This document shows, piece by piece, positions 34,266-43,410 of a stretch of DNA of 64,000 nt. The DNA is from Candidatus Poseidoniales archaeon. Its GTDB lineage: Archaea; Thermoplasmatota; Poseidoniia; Poseidoniales; Thalassarchaeaceae. Position 1 is the first letter of the stretch. Every line of letters begins with the position of its first letter. The stretch is taken from positions 137,127-201,126 of the forward strand of contig JAPOFX010000001.1 of the NCBI GenBank assembly GCA_028283505.1. Direction: 5' to 3'. A program made the position numbers and the translations under genes. The notes beneath the pieces are model-generated. The model was not told the DNA's origin. It was given only the letters and a program-made list of their open reading frames with translations, and did no database searches.

Positions 34266-35384
34266 TCAATATTTTATTACAGACGAATCAATACTATCTG
34301 ACCAGAGATGAACTCCTCCTTCCAGATTATATACGCCATTGACATCCCATCCATTTTGCGTCAGGTACCTAACTACAGCTCCTGATCTACCTCCAGTTCT
34401 GCAGTAAACTACTATGTCCATATCATTGGGAATTTCATTCATTCTATCTGGGACAGAAGTATGAGTGATTCTTAGGTCCGTCCCTTCCAAGGAGACAATC
34501 GCTTCCTCTGACTCTGATCTAACATCAAGTAGGAAAAACTTCCATCCTCCATCCCTACGGTCTACGAATTCACTTGGAGTAACTGTCTTCATCTGTATCC
34601 CTTCCTTCCCTATTTCCGAGGTGCGCACTCTCCCGGGAATTGAATCGAATGACAGGACCCTAGTAATCATTGTCAGTGAATCTATCGTCAATAGCTTACC
34701 TCTCAGAACTTCCCCCACTCCTAGAATCACCTTTATTGCCTCTGTGGCTTGAATTGTTCCTACAATTCCAGGAAGGATTCCGAGAACACCAGCTTCTGAA
34801 CAATTTGGTGCCAATTCAGGAGGTGGGGGAACAGGAAATAGATCCCTGTAATTCGGGCCTTCTTCAAAGTTGAACGTTGATACCTGCCCCTCAAATCTGT
34901 GTATGCTACCAAAAATCCAAGGCTTACCTAATTTTTCACATACATCTCCAATTAGGTATCGTGAGGAAAAATTATCGGTTCCATCAATCACTATGTCGTA
35001 TTTTTCGATCATGGAATCAGCATTCTCTGTATCCAGTCTAGATACATAGACATCAACTTCAACCTGTGGATTCAACTCGTTCAATCTTTTCTTCGCAGAT
35101 AGAGCCTTAGGCTCGCCAACCGAGGATGTTGAGTGAATTATCTGCCTTTGTAGATTCGAGGACTCCACGACATCATCGTCAATGATCCCAATCCTTCCAA
35201 CACCAGCCGCAGCGAGATACATCATTGCTGGAGAACCAAGACCGCCAGCTCCTACCACCAATACAGATGACTCTAGAAGCTTGATTTGACCCTCCTCGCC
35301 AACTTGTGGGAGAACTATGTGCCTGGCATATCTCAGGCGTTCGTTATCCGATAACTCCTCTGACACAGATCCCCCCTGGAGCAT
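34266..35384 (-). CDS. MoeB/ThiF/UbaA-type E1-like adenylyltransferase fused to a C-terminal rhodanese domain
   Basis: RYARHIVLPQVGEEGQ, nucleotide loop VVGAGGLGS, and a C-terminal rhodanese domain with active-site loop CRTGGRS. Confidence 0.8.
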   Translation of the reverse strand: MLQGGSVSEELSDNERLRYARHIVLPQVGEEGQIKLLESSVLVVGAGGLGSPAMMYLAAAGVGRIGIIDDDVVESSNLQRQIIHSTSSVGEPKALSAKKRLNELNPQVEVDVYVSRLDTENADSMIEKYDIVIDGTDNFSSRYLIGDVCEKLGKPWIFGSIHRFEGQVSTFNFEEGPNYRDLFPVPPPPELAPNCSEAGVLGILPGIVGTIQATEAIKVILGVGEVLRGKLLTIDSLTMITRVLSFDSIPGRVRTSEIGKEGIQMKTVTPSEFVDRRDGGWKFFLLDVRSESEEAIVSLEGTDLRITHTSVPDRMNEIPNDMDIVVYCRTGGRSGAVVRYLTQNGWDVNGVYNLEGGVHLWSDSIDSSVIKY

Positions 35385-35409
35385 TAGGGCATTGTACTTA
35401 TCCCGTATA

Positions 35410-36336
35410 CTAATGCTGGTCTTCCAACCATTTTTCTGCGTCCATAGCAGCTTGACATCCCATTCCGGCGGCAGTTATGGCTTGCCTGTATCTAGTATCA
35501 ACCACATCTCCTGCCGCAAATACTCCTTCAACGCTGGTCATGGTATTTTTCCTGTGAAGAATGTATCCGTTTTCATCAGTTTCGACTTGAGACTCAAGGA
35601 AATTGGTGATTGGCTTGTGTCCTATGGCGATAAATGCTCCAGTGCACTCCACAGTCTCAGTAGTGTTGTCCCTGGGGTCTTCCAGAACTGCCCCTGTAAG
35701 TCCATTCTCATCTGATAGCCAAGATTTTACTATTCGATGGGTCTTAATCTCGATTTTAGGATGATTAACCGCTCTTTCATACATTACTTTTGATGCTCTG
35801 AAGACATCTCTCCTGTGAACTATAGTGACTTTTTTGGCGAATCTCGTAAGGAAAGTTGCCTCCTCCATAGCAGAGTCGCCACCGCCAACCACAATCACCT
35901 CCTCATCTCTGAAAAATGCTCCATCGCAAGTTGCACACGTAGAAATCCCCCTTCCTTTCTGAGCATCCTCTCCTTCCACGCCCAGCCAAATTGATTCCGC
36001 ACCTGTGCAAATTATGATCGACTCTGACCTGAACTCCTTGCCTTCCACCCAGACCTTGTATGGCCTTTCGGAAAAATCTACCTTCTCGACATTTTTGTCC
36101 TGCACCTGAAGGCCAAACCTCTCAGCTTGTTCACGTAGCTCCAACATCATCTCTGGACCACCTATGCCCTTCGGGTAACCGGGGAAATTTTCAATGTCCG
36201 AAGTCAGCATCAATTGCCCGCCAGACATGTAACCAGCAAACATCAGTGGCTCGAGAAGAGCTCTAGCCGAATACAGTCCAGCAGTGTAGCCTGCTGGACC
36301 TGAACCGATTATTATCACATTGCGCACTTCTTCCAC
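35410..36336 (-). CDS. trxB: Thioredoxin-disulfide reductase
   Basis: FAD motif IIGSGPAGYTAG, redox-active CATCDG, NADPH motif VVGGGDSAMEEA and C-terminal GVFAAGDV. Confidence 0.85.
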   Translation of the reverse strand: MEEVRNVIIIGSGPAGYTAGLYSARALLEPLMFAGYMSGGQLMLTSDIENFPGYPKGIGGPEMMLELREQAERFGLQVQDKNVEKVDFSERPYKVWVEGKEFRSESIIICTGAESIWLGVEGEDAQKGRGISTCATCDGAFFRDEEVIVVGGGDSAMEEATFLTRFAKKVTIVHRRDVFRASKVMYERAVNHPKIEIKTHRIVKSWLSDENGLTGAVLEDPRDNTTETVECTGAFIAIGHKPITNFLESQVETDENGYILHRKNTMTSVEGVFAAGDVVDTRYRQAITAAGMGCQAAMDAEKWLEDQH

Positions 36337-36381
36337 ATTGTTGCCAACGGGGGGACGTCCTTCAACATACTCTATGCTAGT

Positions 36382-36804
36382 TCACTCAAGCATTGACGCG
36401 ACAGCTACTACAGAAGCGCGCGCATGAGGCTCGAGTCGAGGCTCAATATGCGCCGGTTCCGCCCCCGGTCCAATAATCCCAAGGCCCACCGGTTTTCCAT
36501 GAACTAGCTGGAGCTCTATTATGGATCTAATGACAGCCTGTCCCATTGCAAGACCGTGCTGAGTCTGTCCCTTCTCGATTATCCCAAGACATGCAGCACC
36601 CTCAATATCATCTCTGCTCAGCAATCTATCCAAGGCCAACGGCACTTCCATTGCACCCGGGACCCATAAGATATCCTCAACGATTAGATTGAGTTTTACA
36701 GCTTCGTCCGTTGACCACTTTAGCATTCTCTCAACTTCTGACTTATGGAACGAACCACAAACAACTCCAATCTTCCGGCGGGATTGTTGACGATTCATAT
36801 TCAC
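36382..36804 (-). CDS. ribH: 6,7-dimethyl-8-ribityllumazine synthase
   Basis: About 140 aa. N-terminal IGVVCGSFH pattern. Sits in the ribB-ribL-ribE-ribH string with a 4-nt overlap with ribE. Confidence 0.7.
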   Translation of the reverse strand: MNMNRQQSRRKIGVVCGSFHKSEVERMLKWSTDEAVKLNLIVEDILWVPGAMEVPLALDRLLSRDDIEGAACLGIIEKGQTQHGLAMGQAVIRSIIELQLVHGKPVGLGIIGPGAEPAHIEPRLEPHARASVVAVASMLE

Positions 36805-37391
36805 GCACCTCGACCTTCAATCAGTCTCTTGGTAGTCTCGACAACAGTCTGTGTCATCGCATCGATTTCAATGTTGACATGCTCGCCAACGGACTTGGTA
36901 CCTAATGTCGTCAACCTCAAGGTTTCGGGTATAATATGGATTGCAAAACGACCCTTTCCATCGGTATCTCCAACAGTCAGTGAGATTCCATCAACTGCAA
37001 TGTACCCCTTCTCTTGTATATAGTCCCCCATTTCAGATGGGCACTGGATAATATAGTCTTGATTTTTTATGGAGGTGATTTCACCTTTGCCCATTATATG
37101 TCCACTCAATAGGTGTCCACCCAGCTCATCACCAAACTTTAGGGCACGCTCGACATTGACGTGTGAACCAGACTTAAGCGAACCCAGAGTGGTCCTCTCT
37201 AGTGTTTCCGGTATTATGTCAAATGATACAGTATTCCCAACAGAAGTTGCAGTCAGGCATACTCCATCAATAGATACGGAACCGCCTATTTTGAGGCCCT
37301 CTGTGGAGGGAATTTCGATTTCCATGGTGACGATTGAGTTGCCTGTGACTGACTTGACATAGCCAGTTCCTTGAACGATTCCGGTGAACAT
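36801..37391 (-). CDS. ribE: Riboflavin synthase, two-barrel bacterial/eukaryotic type
   Basis: MFTGIVQGTGYV start. Internal duplication of the lumazine-binding barrel (GGSVSIDGVCLT and GYIAVDGISLT). Confidence 0.85.
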   Translation of the reverse strand: MFTGIVQGTGYVKSVTGNSIVTMEIEIPSTEGLKIGGSVSIDGVCLTATSVGNTVSFDIIPETLERTTLGSLKSGSHVNVERALKFGDELGGHLLSGHIMGKGEITSIKNQDYIIQCPSEMGDYIQEKGYIAVDGISLTVGDTDGKGRFAIHIIPETLRLTTLGTKSVGEHVNIEIDAMTQTVVETTKRLIEGRGA

Positions 37392-37392
37392 G

Positions 37393-37851
37393 TCAATCCT
37401 CCTCGTAAGGCCCGCCTTCGGAGTTAGGCCAAAGGTCCAGTATCCTAGAAATTATCTTACGAGTCCCATCTAGGTCATCCGATAGCCCCTCAACTCTTGT
37501 GAGTTCTACTTCAGAGAACCCATGTTTGTCGAGACCACTTCTGATCGAGTCAATAGAATGCTTCTGATCATACCCTAAGGCAATAAGGTCAGGCTTTACA
37601 ACACCAAGGATGTCAAAAATAGGGGTTCCTGGTGAGTTACCAATTATGGCCTTGTCTACTGGTTTAAGCCCATTGACCATTCTACATCTTAGATCTTGAC
37701 TAGTAACAGGCTCGTGCTTTTGTGTACGGACTGTGTCATCATGCGCAACAACTACCACCAGTTCATCGCCCAGAGACTTTGCCTGTTCCAGATAATGCAG
37801 ATGACCGGCATGAAGCAAATCGAATACACCAACTGCCATGACTCTAACCAT
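37393..37851 (-). CDS. ribL: FAD synthetase, archaeal RibL type (cytidylyltransferase fold)
   Basis: VMAVGVFDLLHAGHLHYLEQAKSLGDELVVVVAHDD is an HxGH nucleotidyltransferase motif. The ATG at 37851 is preferred because the ORF-track start at 37899 overlaps ribB. Confidence 0.75.
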   Translation of the reverse strand: MVRVMAVGVFDLLHAGHLHYLEQAKSLGDELVVVVAHDDTVRTQKHEPVTSQDLRCRMVNGLKPVDKAIIGNSPGTPIFDILGVVKPDLIALGYDQKHSIDSIRSGLDKHGFSEVELTRVEGLSDDLDGTRKIISRILDLWPNSEGGPYEED

Positions 37852-37876
37852 CTTTTTGCCCTCCTTCAAAGCTACA

Positions 37877-38608
37877 TTAATCCAGATTGATTGAATCAAG
37901 AATGTCCTTTCCCGTAATCATCGGTATTCCATGCTTCTCAGCGTATATTCTCGACTCTTCCAGAGACAAGGCGCCATCTCCATTGGGATCCAGCATTTCT
38001 GCCCCAATCGTACATGGGACATTCCCTGAAAGCCTAGCTATTGAGACCGCCAACTCCGTATGTCCTTGCCTGTTGCTCAGGCCTCCAGGTGACTCCCTGC
38101 ATAATGGAATATGGCCAGGCGTTCTAAATTCGTCCCCCAATGCCTTCATGGCTTTGGATTTGGAGGCATCTGCCATTTCACCGGCAAGCTCTCCGAATCT
38201 TCTTGTTGTTAGTGCCCTGTCTCTGTCAGTGATTCCGGTGTAGGTTTTCCTGTGGTTTAGAGACAATGTGAAGGCAGATCTAGAGTCGTATTGTAAATCA
38301 TCAGTTATGAGGTGACCCAGAATTGGATTTTTTGTTACGAGGGATGAATCAGAGTGTATATCTTGTAGCCATGGAAGGCCGAATTTCTCACCTACTTCGT
38401 TCCCTATTGCGAGAAAAAGTAAGCCCCCGCAATCCTTCCTCAGCCTCCTCATTATCTGAGGTGTAGCAGCAGTGGCTGGCCAAAGAAGATCAGTTTCTTT
38501 CTCTCTAAAATCAGAATCGAAAATCATTACTGGCTCCCCTTTAGCAAAGGCTTCTATCGCCTCGGCGATGCTCCCACTCATGTATTCCGGAGGGGCCATA
38601 CCTACCAC
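37877..38608 (-). CDS. ribB: 3,4-dihydroxy-2-butanone-4-phosphate synthase
   Basis: FDSDFREKETDLLWPA (acidic active-site loop), TPGHIPL and HTELAV patterns. Confidence 0.75.
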   Translation of the reverse strand: MVGMAPPEYMSGSIAEAIEAFAKGEPVMIFDSDFREKETDLLWPATAATPQIMRRLRKDCGGLLFLAIGNEVGEKFGLPWLQDIHSDSSLVTKNPILGHLITDDLQYDSRSAFTLSLNHRKTYTGITDRDRALTTRRFGELAGEMADASKSKAMKALGDEFRTPGHIPLCRESPGGLSNRQGHTELAVSIARLSGNVPCTIGAEMLDPNGDGALSLEESRIYAEKHGIPMITGKDILDSINLD

Positions 38609-38743
38609 TTATTTTCGGTCAGACTGTCTACTATGTTAATCTTTGATTGATACCATCATTTACCCATTGATAAATAATTGTTGATGCCAAATCTTGGAAT
38701 GACTAGTCCGAAGCCCTAAACGTTACCAGCATTAGCCGAGCAC

Positions 38744-41700
38744 ATGGCGGGACGCAGGGCGACGGTGGTCTCGTTAATCGTTCTGCTAATGTTAGTCCCA
38801 ATGGCGTCCTCAAATCTTCATCCTTCTTTTAACAAGAAAGGAGGCCAAGACGCGGACGGCGTTTGGACATCCAGCGCAGAGTTAGATCTCCATTCCGGGT
38901 GGTGGGAGCATTGGAGTAGGGACAGAGATAGAAACTCCCTAGATGATAGACTGGAGTGGATCCTTGAACAGCAAGAGGACTTCCAGAAAGATTGGTGGAA
39001 GAGAGCTGACACCGGTTTCGCAAGGGTAATTGTAGATTATAATCACCACCCATCTGATGCGGATGTTTCGGCGCTAGAAGGATTAGGTGTGGAAGTCACA
39101 TTCCGCCCGAAATATTTGGATTCAGTAATAGCAACAGCTCCCATCCAATCAATCACCTCCTCAGAAGGCATCCGTTCGCTCACTGGGGTTGTGATGATAG
39201 AGGATTTGGGATTAGCAGAACCCCACATGGCCGAGGCCATCCCAAACATGGGGGTAGATCTTGTCTGGAACGATTTTGGTTTTGATGGAACCGGCTCCGT
39301 AGTAGCTGTTCTGGACACGGGAGTCAGAGGAGACCACGAGGGCTTGAACGATATGGATGATGAGCCATTTACAACAGGTTGCGAGCAACCTAGCCCGGAT
39401 CCTCTGGACCCGAACCCGATCTTCGTCGATTGCGATCCAAAGATTATAGCATTCTATGACGCAGTCTTGATGGACGCAGAACAAGATCCATCGTCATCTT
39501 ATGATTCTGGCACCCATGGAACACACGTAGCCGGGATTGCTGCTGGAACTGGAGGAGGGCAAGCAGACCCTTCAACCGGTCAGAGGCATGTTGGAGCTGC
39601 CCCCGGGGCCTTTTTGATCAATATCTTGGCGTGTTGTGACGGGGATATCGAGGATGTAATTCAAGGCGCACAATGGGCAATCGAAAACAAAGACAAGTAC
39701 GGTATCGACATTTTGACCTCATCTCTCGGGGAACAACAACTAGAAGTCCATTTTGACAATGATGGAAGCTCAGCATGGAGTAGGCAGATGGACGCAGTGG
39801 TGGAGGCAGGGATAATTACAACTCTGTCTGCCGGGAATGAGTTTGGGGGAGCCACTTTTGCTGGCTGCAATACAATAGACAGCCCTGGTGATGCCCAACT
39901 TCCGGTTACTGTAGCCAGCCTGGATAAGGATCTAGGACTAGCAATATACAGTAGTAGAGGATACACTTCAGATGGCAGGGTGAAGCCCGATGTGGCTACA
40001 ATCGGATCGAACATCATGGCTCCTGATGCCGCAACAAGTGATGGCTACACGTCAAAGTCAGGAACTAGCATGGCAACCCCACTGATGGCGGGAATTGCCG
40101 CGCTGATGGTTGAAGCTAATCCTGATATCACTCCCGCTGAATTCAAAGATATCATATCTGCACACTCAATTGAGAGAGACCTGCAACTCTTGGATGATCC
40201 GGGTTTTAACGACTGCAGTCTCTTGGAGACACGTCCAGATAACGAGTTCGGATATGGTCAGGCAGACCCAATAGCTTTCGTAGAAGCCGCTGGTAGTATT
40301 GACAGGACACTGAATGTTTCGATGAATCTCGAGACCCTGCAGGAGATTGGAAACCAGTCATATGTCTCTGGTACAGCCTCTGGAGTTGCTCCCGGAATGG
40401 GCATCGTAGAAGTAAGAGTGGGAGGAGGGGATTGGAAAGGAGCCGCCGACATAAAGGGAGATTGGAGTGAATGGAGAGTAAAGCTTGATCCCCATTTAGA
40501 ATCTGGAAATTCTACGATTTATGCCAGACTTGTAGTTTCAGAGGACAGTATTTCGCCAGTAGACGCAAGGAGGGTCATCTTGGTAGATGGAGATGCTTCT
40601 GATGCGATGTCGGGAGATTTTATGCAATTCGGACTCTCTGTATTCTTGTTCCCATTTTTGTGTGCCGTAGCACTAATTTCATTCGTTGCTCTCAGGGAAA
40701 GGTGGGACAAGAAGATCGACCTCTCGACAAAGAGCTCTGATTCAACGTCTAAGTTTAGGAAAACTCTAGAAGCTGTTAATCCCCTTCACTATCCAGGTTA
40801 TCTTGGATCAGCTGTTGAGTCTTGGAAAGGAGGGAAGTCACTTACCGAGAACCAATTCAGAAGGTATGTCTCACTTTCTATCCTGTACACTGCTCAAGGA
40901 CTTCCACAGGGATTCACCTACGTGGCGTTTCCTGCATTCCTGGCTGTTAACGATGTCAGTCCAGTCGCCATAGCACAACTCTGGGCAGCAATAGCATTGC
41001 CATGGACATTCAAATTTGTATGGGGCCCGATGGTGGACGGTATTCAAGCTCCTGACTACGGTAGAAGGAGGCCATGGATTTTATTTGCACAGACAGGCAT
41101 GGTGGTAACACTAGGGTCCTTGCTCTTTGTTTCCGATTTGGCTCAATCCATACAATTAGTAACTTTGATGCTTTTCATCCACAATCTCTTCTCATCTTTA
41201 CAAGATGTGGGTGTCGACGCACTAGCTGTAGACGTATTACAGCCAGACGAAGTTGCCAAGGCGAATGGATTCATGTTTGCCGCCAAGAGAGCGGGATACA
41301 TCCTTGGTGGAGCGATACTTGGAATAATGGCCACTAAATTTGGCATCAAATCAGCCATAGTGATTCAACTCCCATTGTTAGTAATTATCATGGCACTCCC
41401 ATTGTTCCTAAGAGAGAGGCCAGGAGACAAGCTCTTCCCATGGAGTGCCGCGCGAAGATCCAGCCTTTGGGATGCTCAAGAACAGAATTCTGATGAGAAT
41501 GAAGATGAAAGCTCGGACAATACTGTGTTAGAGATTCCATGGATGGAAAATGGGGAAGAAGATCCCTACAGAGCTGCAAATTGGACCGCAAGGAACTTAA
41601 TCTCAAGAAAAATCACTCTCCCTGCGGCTGTCCTTTGGGTATCAATTGTGCTTATTCTTCTGGGGATGGTAGTTTATATCGGAGGTGTGTTACTTGAGGA

Positions 41701-42559
41701 GAACTGGCGAGATCGCCCCGTTTTATTCATGGACATAGTAGATTTCGCAGTGGTATCTCTCTCCGCAGTAGTGATACTACAGCTATCCCAGAAATTAGGT
41801 CTAAGACTCCCCATGGTCCCAAATCCTTTTTCCAACGCAATGACGGGGCCTGCTGTTACGTCATACAATATCGTGAAAGGTTTCTCATTAAGGTCCTCTT
41901 TCCTACTCATATTCCTCTGCCTTCTCTCGGAACTGTATCTTTTTGTCGACCCCATCGTGCTTGATATTTTCATCAATGAGGCTGGCTGGGAGATGGACAA
42001 ATACAGCGCTGTTATGGGAGGTATTGTGATTGCTTTCCTGATGGCGGGGCAGTTGATAGGTGGATTCTTGGGCGATAGATTCGGCGTCAGGGAGGTTGCA
42101 ATGATAGGATTCACACTCTTGGCTCTGGCTAATGCGGGGCTGGCTCTGTTGCAGGGATATTGGGAGAATACAACCATCATGGTTGCCTACCTTTGCCTTA
42201 GAGCAATTATCAATGGATTGGCTTGGATCTCAATTATATCCGTATCTATGCGCCTCACCTACAGCAAAGCTGGTGGCACCCAATTTACAGCATACATGTC
42301 GATGTTCAATCTCTCCGGGGTAATCGCACTTAGTTTAACGGGGAAGGCGATTGAAATTATGGATTACATCTCAGCCTTGTATCTTGGAGCCGCGCTAACC
42401 CTGATGACTGTGATATTCCTTGTGTTCATTGACCCTGACGAGTGTGATAGGGTACTAGAAGGAAGGCTAGAGGGGGGGGATGGAGAAGTTTACGAGGCTG
42501 ACATGGGAGAGGTTCCCGGCTGGTGGGAGGATGAAGAACCGGATGCTGTCGCTTCATGA
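38744..42559 (+). CDS. Fusion protein: secreted S8 subtilisin (with I9-like propeptide and Ig-like domain), TM anchor, and AmpG-like MFS permease
   Basis: Signal MAGRRATVVSLIVLLMLVPMASS. Catalytic triad motifs VAVLDTGV, SGTHGTHVAG and KSGTSMATP. Anchor helix FGLSVFLFPFLCAVALISFVAL. MFS signature ILYTAQGLPQGF..LPWTFKFVWGPMVDG..GRRRPWIL. Uninterrupted 3816-nt frame. Confidence 0.8.
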   Translation: MAGRRATVVSLIVLLMLVPMASSNLHPSFNKKGGQDADGVWTSSAELDLHSGWWEHWSRDRDRNSLDDRLEWILEQQEDFQKDWWKRADTGFARVIVDYNHHPSDADVSALEGLGVEVTFRPKYLDSVIATAPIQSITSSEGIRSLTGVVMIEDLGLAEPHMAEAIPNMGVDLVWNDFGFDGTGSVVAVLDTGVRGDHEGLNDMDDEPFTTGCEQPSPDPLDPNPIFVDCDPKIIAFYDAVLMDAEQDPSSSYDSGTHGTHVAGIAAGTGGGQADPSTGQRHVGAAPGAFLINILACCDGDIEDVIQGAQWAIENKDKYGIDILTSSLGEQQLEVHFDNDGSSAWSRQMDAVVEAGIITTLSAGNEFGGATFAGCNTIDSPGDAQLPVTVASLDKDLGLAIYSSRGYTSDGRVKPDVATIGSNIMAPDAATSDGYTSKSGTSMATPLMAGIAALMVEANPDITPAEFKDIISAHSIERDLQLLDDPGFNDCSLLETRPDNEFGYGQADPIAFVEAAGSIDRTLNVSMNLETLQEIGNQSYVSGTASGVAPGMGIVEVRVGGGDWKGAADIKGDWSEWRVKLDPHLESGNSTIYARLVVSEDSISPVDARRVILVDGDASDAMSGDFMQFGLSVFLFPFLCAVALISFVALRERWDKKIDLSTKSSDSTSKFRKTLEAVNPLHYPGYLGSAVESWKGGKSLTENQFRRYVSLSILYTAQGLPQGFTYVAFPAFLAVNDVSPVAIAQLWAAIALPWTFKFVWGPMVDGIQAPDYGRRRPWILFAQTGMVVTLGSLLFVSDLAQSIQLVTLMLFIHNLFSSLQDVGVDALAVDVLQPDEVAKANGFMFAAKRAGYILGGAILGIMATKFGIKSAIVIQLPLLVIIMALPLFLRERPGDKLFPWSAARRSSLWDAQEQNSDENEDESSDNTVLEIPWMENGEEDPYRAANWTARNLISRKITLPAAVLWVSIVLILLGMVVYIGGVLLEENWRDRPVLFMDIVDFAVVSLSAVVILQLSQKLGLRLPMVPNPFSNAMTGPAVTSYNIVKGFSLRSSFLLIFLCLLSELYLFVDPIVLDIFINEAGWEMDKYSAVMGGIVIAFLMAGQLIGGFLGDRFGVREVAMIGFTLLALANAGLALLQGYWENTTIMVAYLCLRAIINGLAWISIISVSMRLTYSKAGGTQFTAYMSMFNLSGVIALSLTGKAIEIMDYISALYLGAALTLMTVIFLVFIDPDECDRVLEGRLEGGDGEVYEADMGEVPGWWEDEEPDAVAS

Positions 42560-42809
42560 TCACCTAAAGTCCGCGAATACGGACTTCCTATTTTTCAGCC
42601 AGACTGTATGTCCATACTGCGTCAGAGCTGCTATGACTCTTAAGGCGAAAAATTTCACATATACTGAGGTCAACCTTGATAGATTCGAAGGCCTGAGAGG
42701 TGAAGTAGTATCGAAGACAGGACATAGGACTGTTCCGGTGGTCTTTGACCTACGTGGGACTGAACCAATTTTTGTGGGAGGTTCGGACCATCTCATTGAC
42801 TATCTGTGA
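42531..42809 (+). CDS. Glutaredoxin/NrdH-like small redoxin
   Basis: CPYC active site in FLFFSQTVCPYCVRA, then TVPVVF and GGSDHL. The start is ambiguous (ATG at 42480, 42531 or 42543), and all candidates overlap the end of the preceding gene. Confidence 0.7.
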   Translation: MKNRMLSLHDHLKSANTDFLFFSQTVCPYCVRAAMTLKAKNFTYTEVNLDRFEGLRGEVVSKTGHRTVPVVFDLRGTEPIFVGGSDHLIDYL

Positions 42810-43410
42810 TATTTTCAGCTATGGAAGATATCATGTCCCTCATTTCTTCAAATTGGCCTAAATTTACCATGTGGCCCTTTTTGTGCTGAAACCTGGTGAC
42901 AGGCCATCCAGATTCTTCGAATATCTCGATATGTTCCATGCCTGCGTCAAGTGAAACTAAATGATCGCTTTCTCCATGCATCCAAATTACCGGTCGCGGC
43001 TTTAGAAATGGAAGCGAATCCCTCAATTCATCAGGTCTTGCGGTCTTTGTAGCAATCAATATCAGCCCGACAATTGAATTACTTGCCTCAGTCTCTAGTA
43101 AGGCCGATGCCATCGCACCTCCTTGCGAGAATCCCCCAACAATTATTGGACCATCGGGCAGTATCTCTAAGATTGCAGAAATTGACTCTTCCATTTGATT
43201 TAATGACTCATCCCTGGTGACGCCGTCTTCGAAAAGCCACCATGCAAAACCCCCTCTTGTGGGGTGTCTGATTTTCGCTTGCGGACACAAAGTCGACCAT
43301 CCTTTCGGGGTCAGGCTTCTCGCAAGATTCTCCATTTTCTGAGACGTGCCGGTCATTCCATGCATCATAATGAGCGTACCCTTGCTCATGCGATCACTCA
43401 TAGATTCCAT
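42793..43410 (-). CDS. Alpha/beta hydrolase, phospholipase/carboxylesterase family
   Basis: Nucleophile elbow GFSQGGAMA, plus Asp and His regions (HGESDHLV, KKGHMV). About 200 aa. Confidence 0.7.
   Translation of the reverse strand: MESMSDRMSKGTLIMMHGMTGTSQKMENLARSLTPKGWSTLCPQAKIRHPTRGGFAWWLFEDGVTRDESLNQMEESISAILEILPDGPIIVGGFSQGGAMASALLETEASNSIVGLILIATKTARPDELRDSLPFLKPRPVIWMHGESDHLVSLDAGMEHIEIFEESGWPVTRFQHKKGHMVNLGQFEEMRDMISSIAENITDSQ

Noticed and set aside
38609-38743. FMN riboswitch upstream of ribB
   Set aside because: The 135-bp divergent spacer is too short and lacks the conserved FMN-element helices. FMN riboswitches are not expected in archaea. The repeated TTGAT motifs may be operator-like, but I could not support that.
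41674-42180. 168-aa minus-strand ORF inside the MFS half of the fusion gene
   Set aside because: It is antisense to a frame with clear MFS helices and signature. If it were real it would break the 1271-aa ORF, but there is no stop in the + frame.
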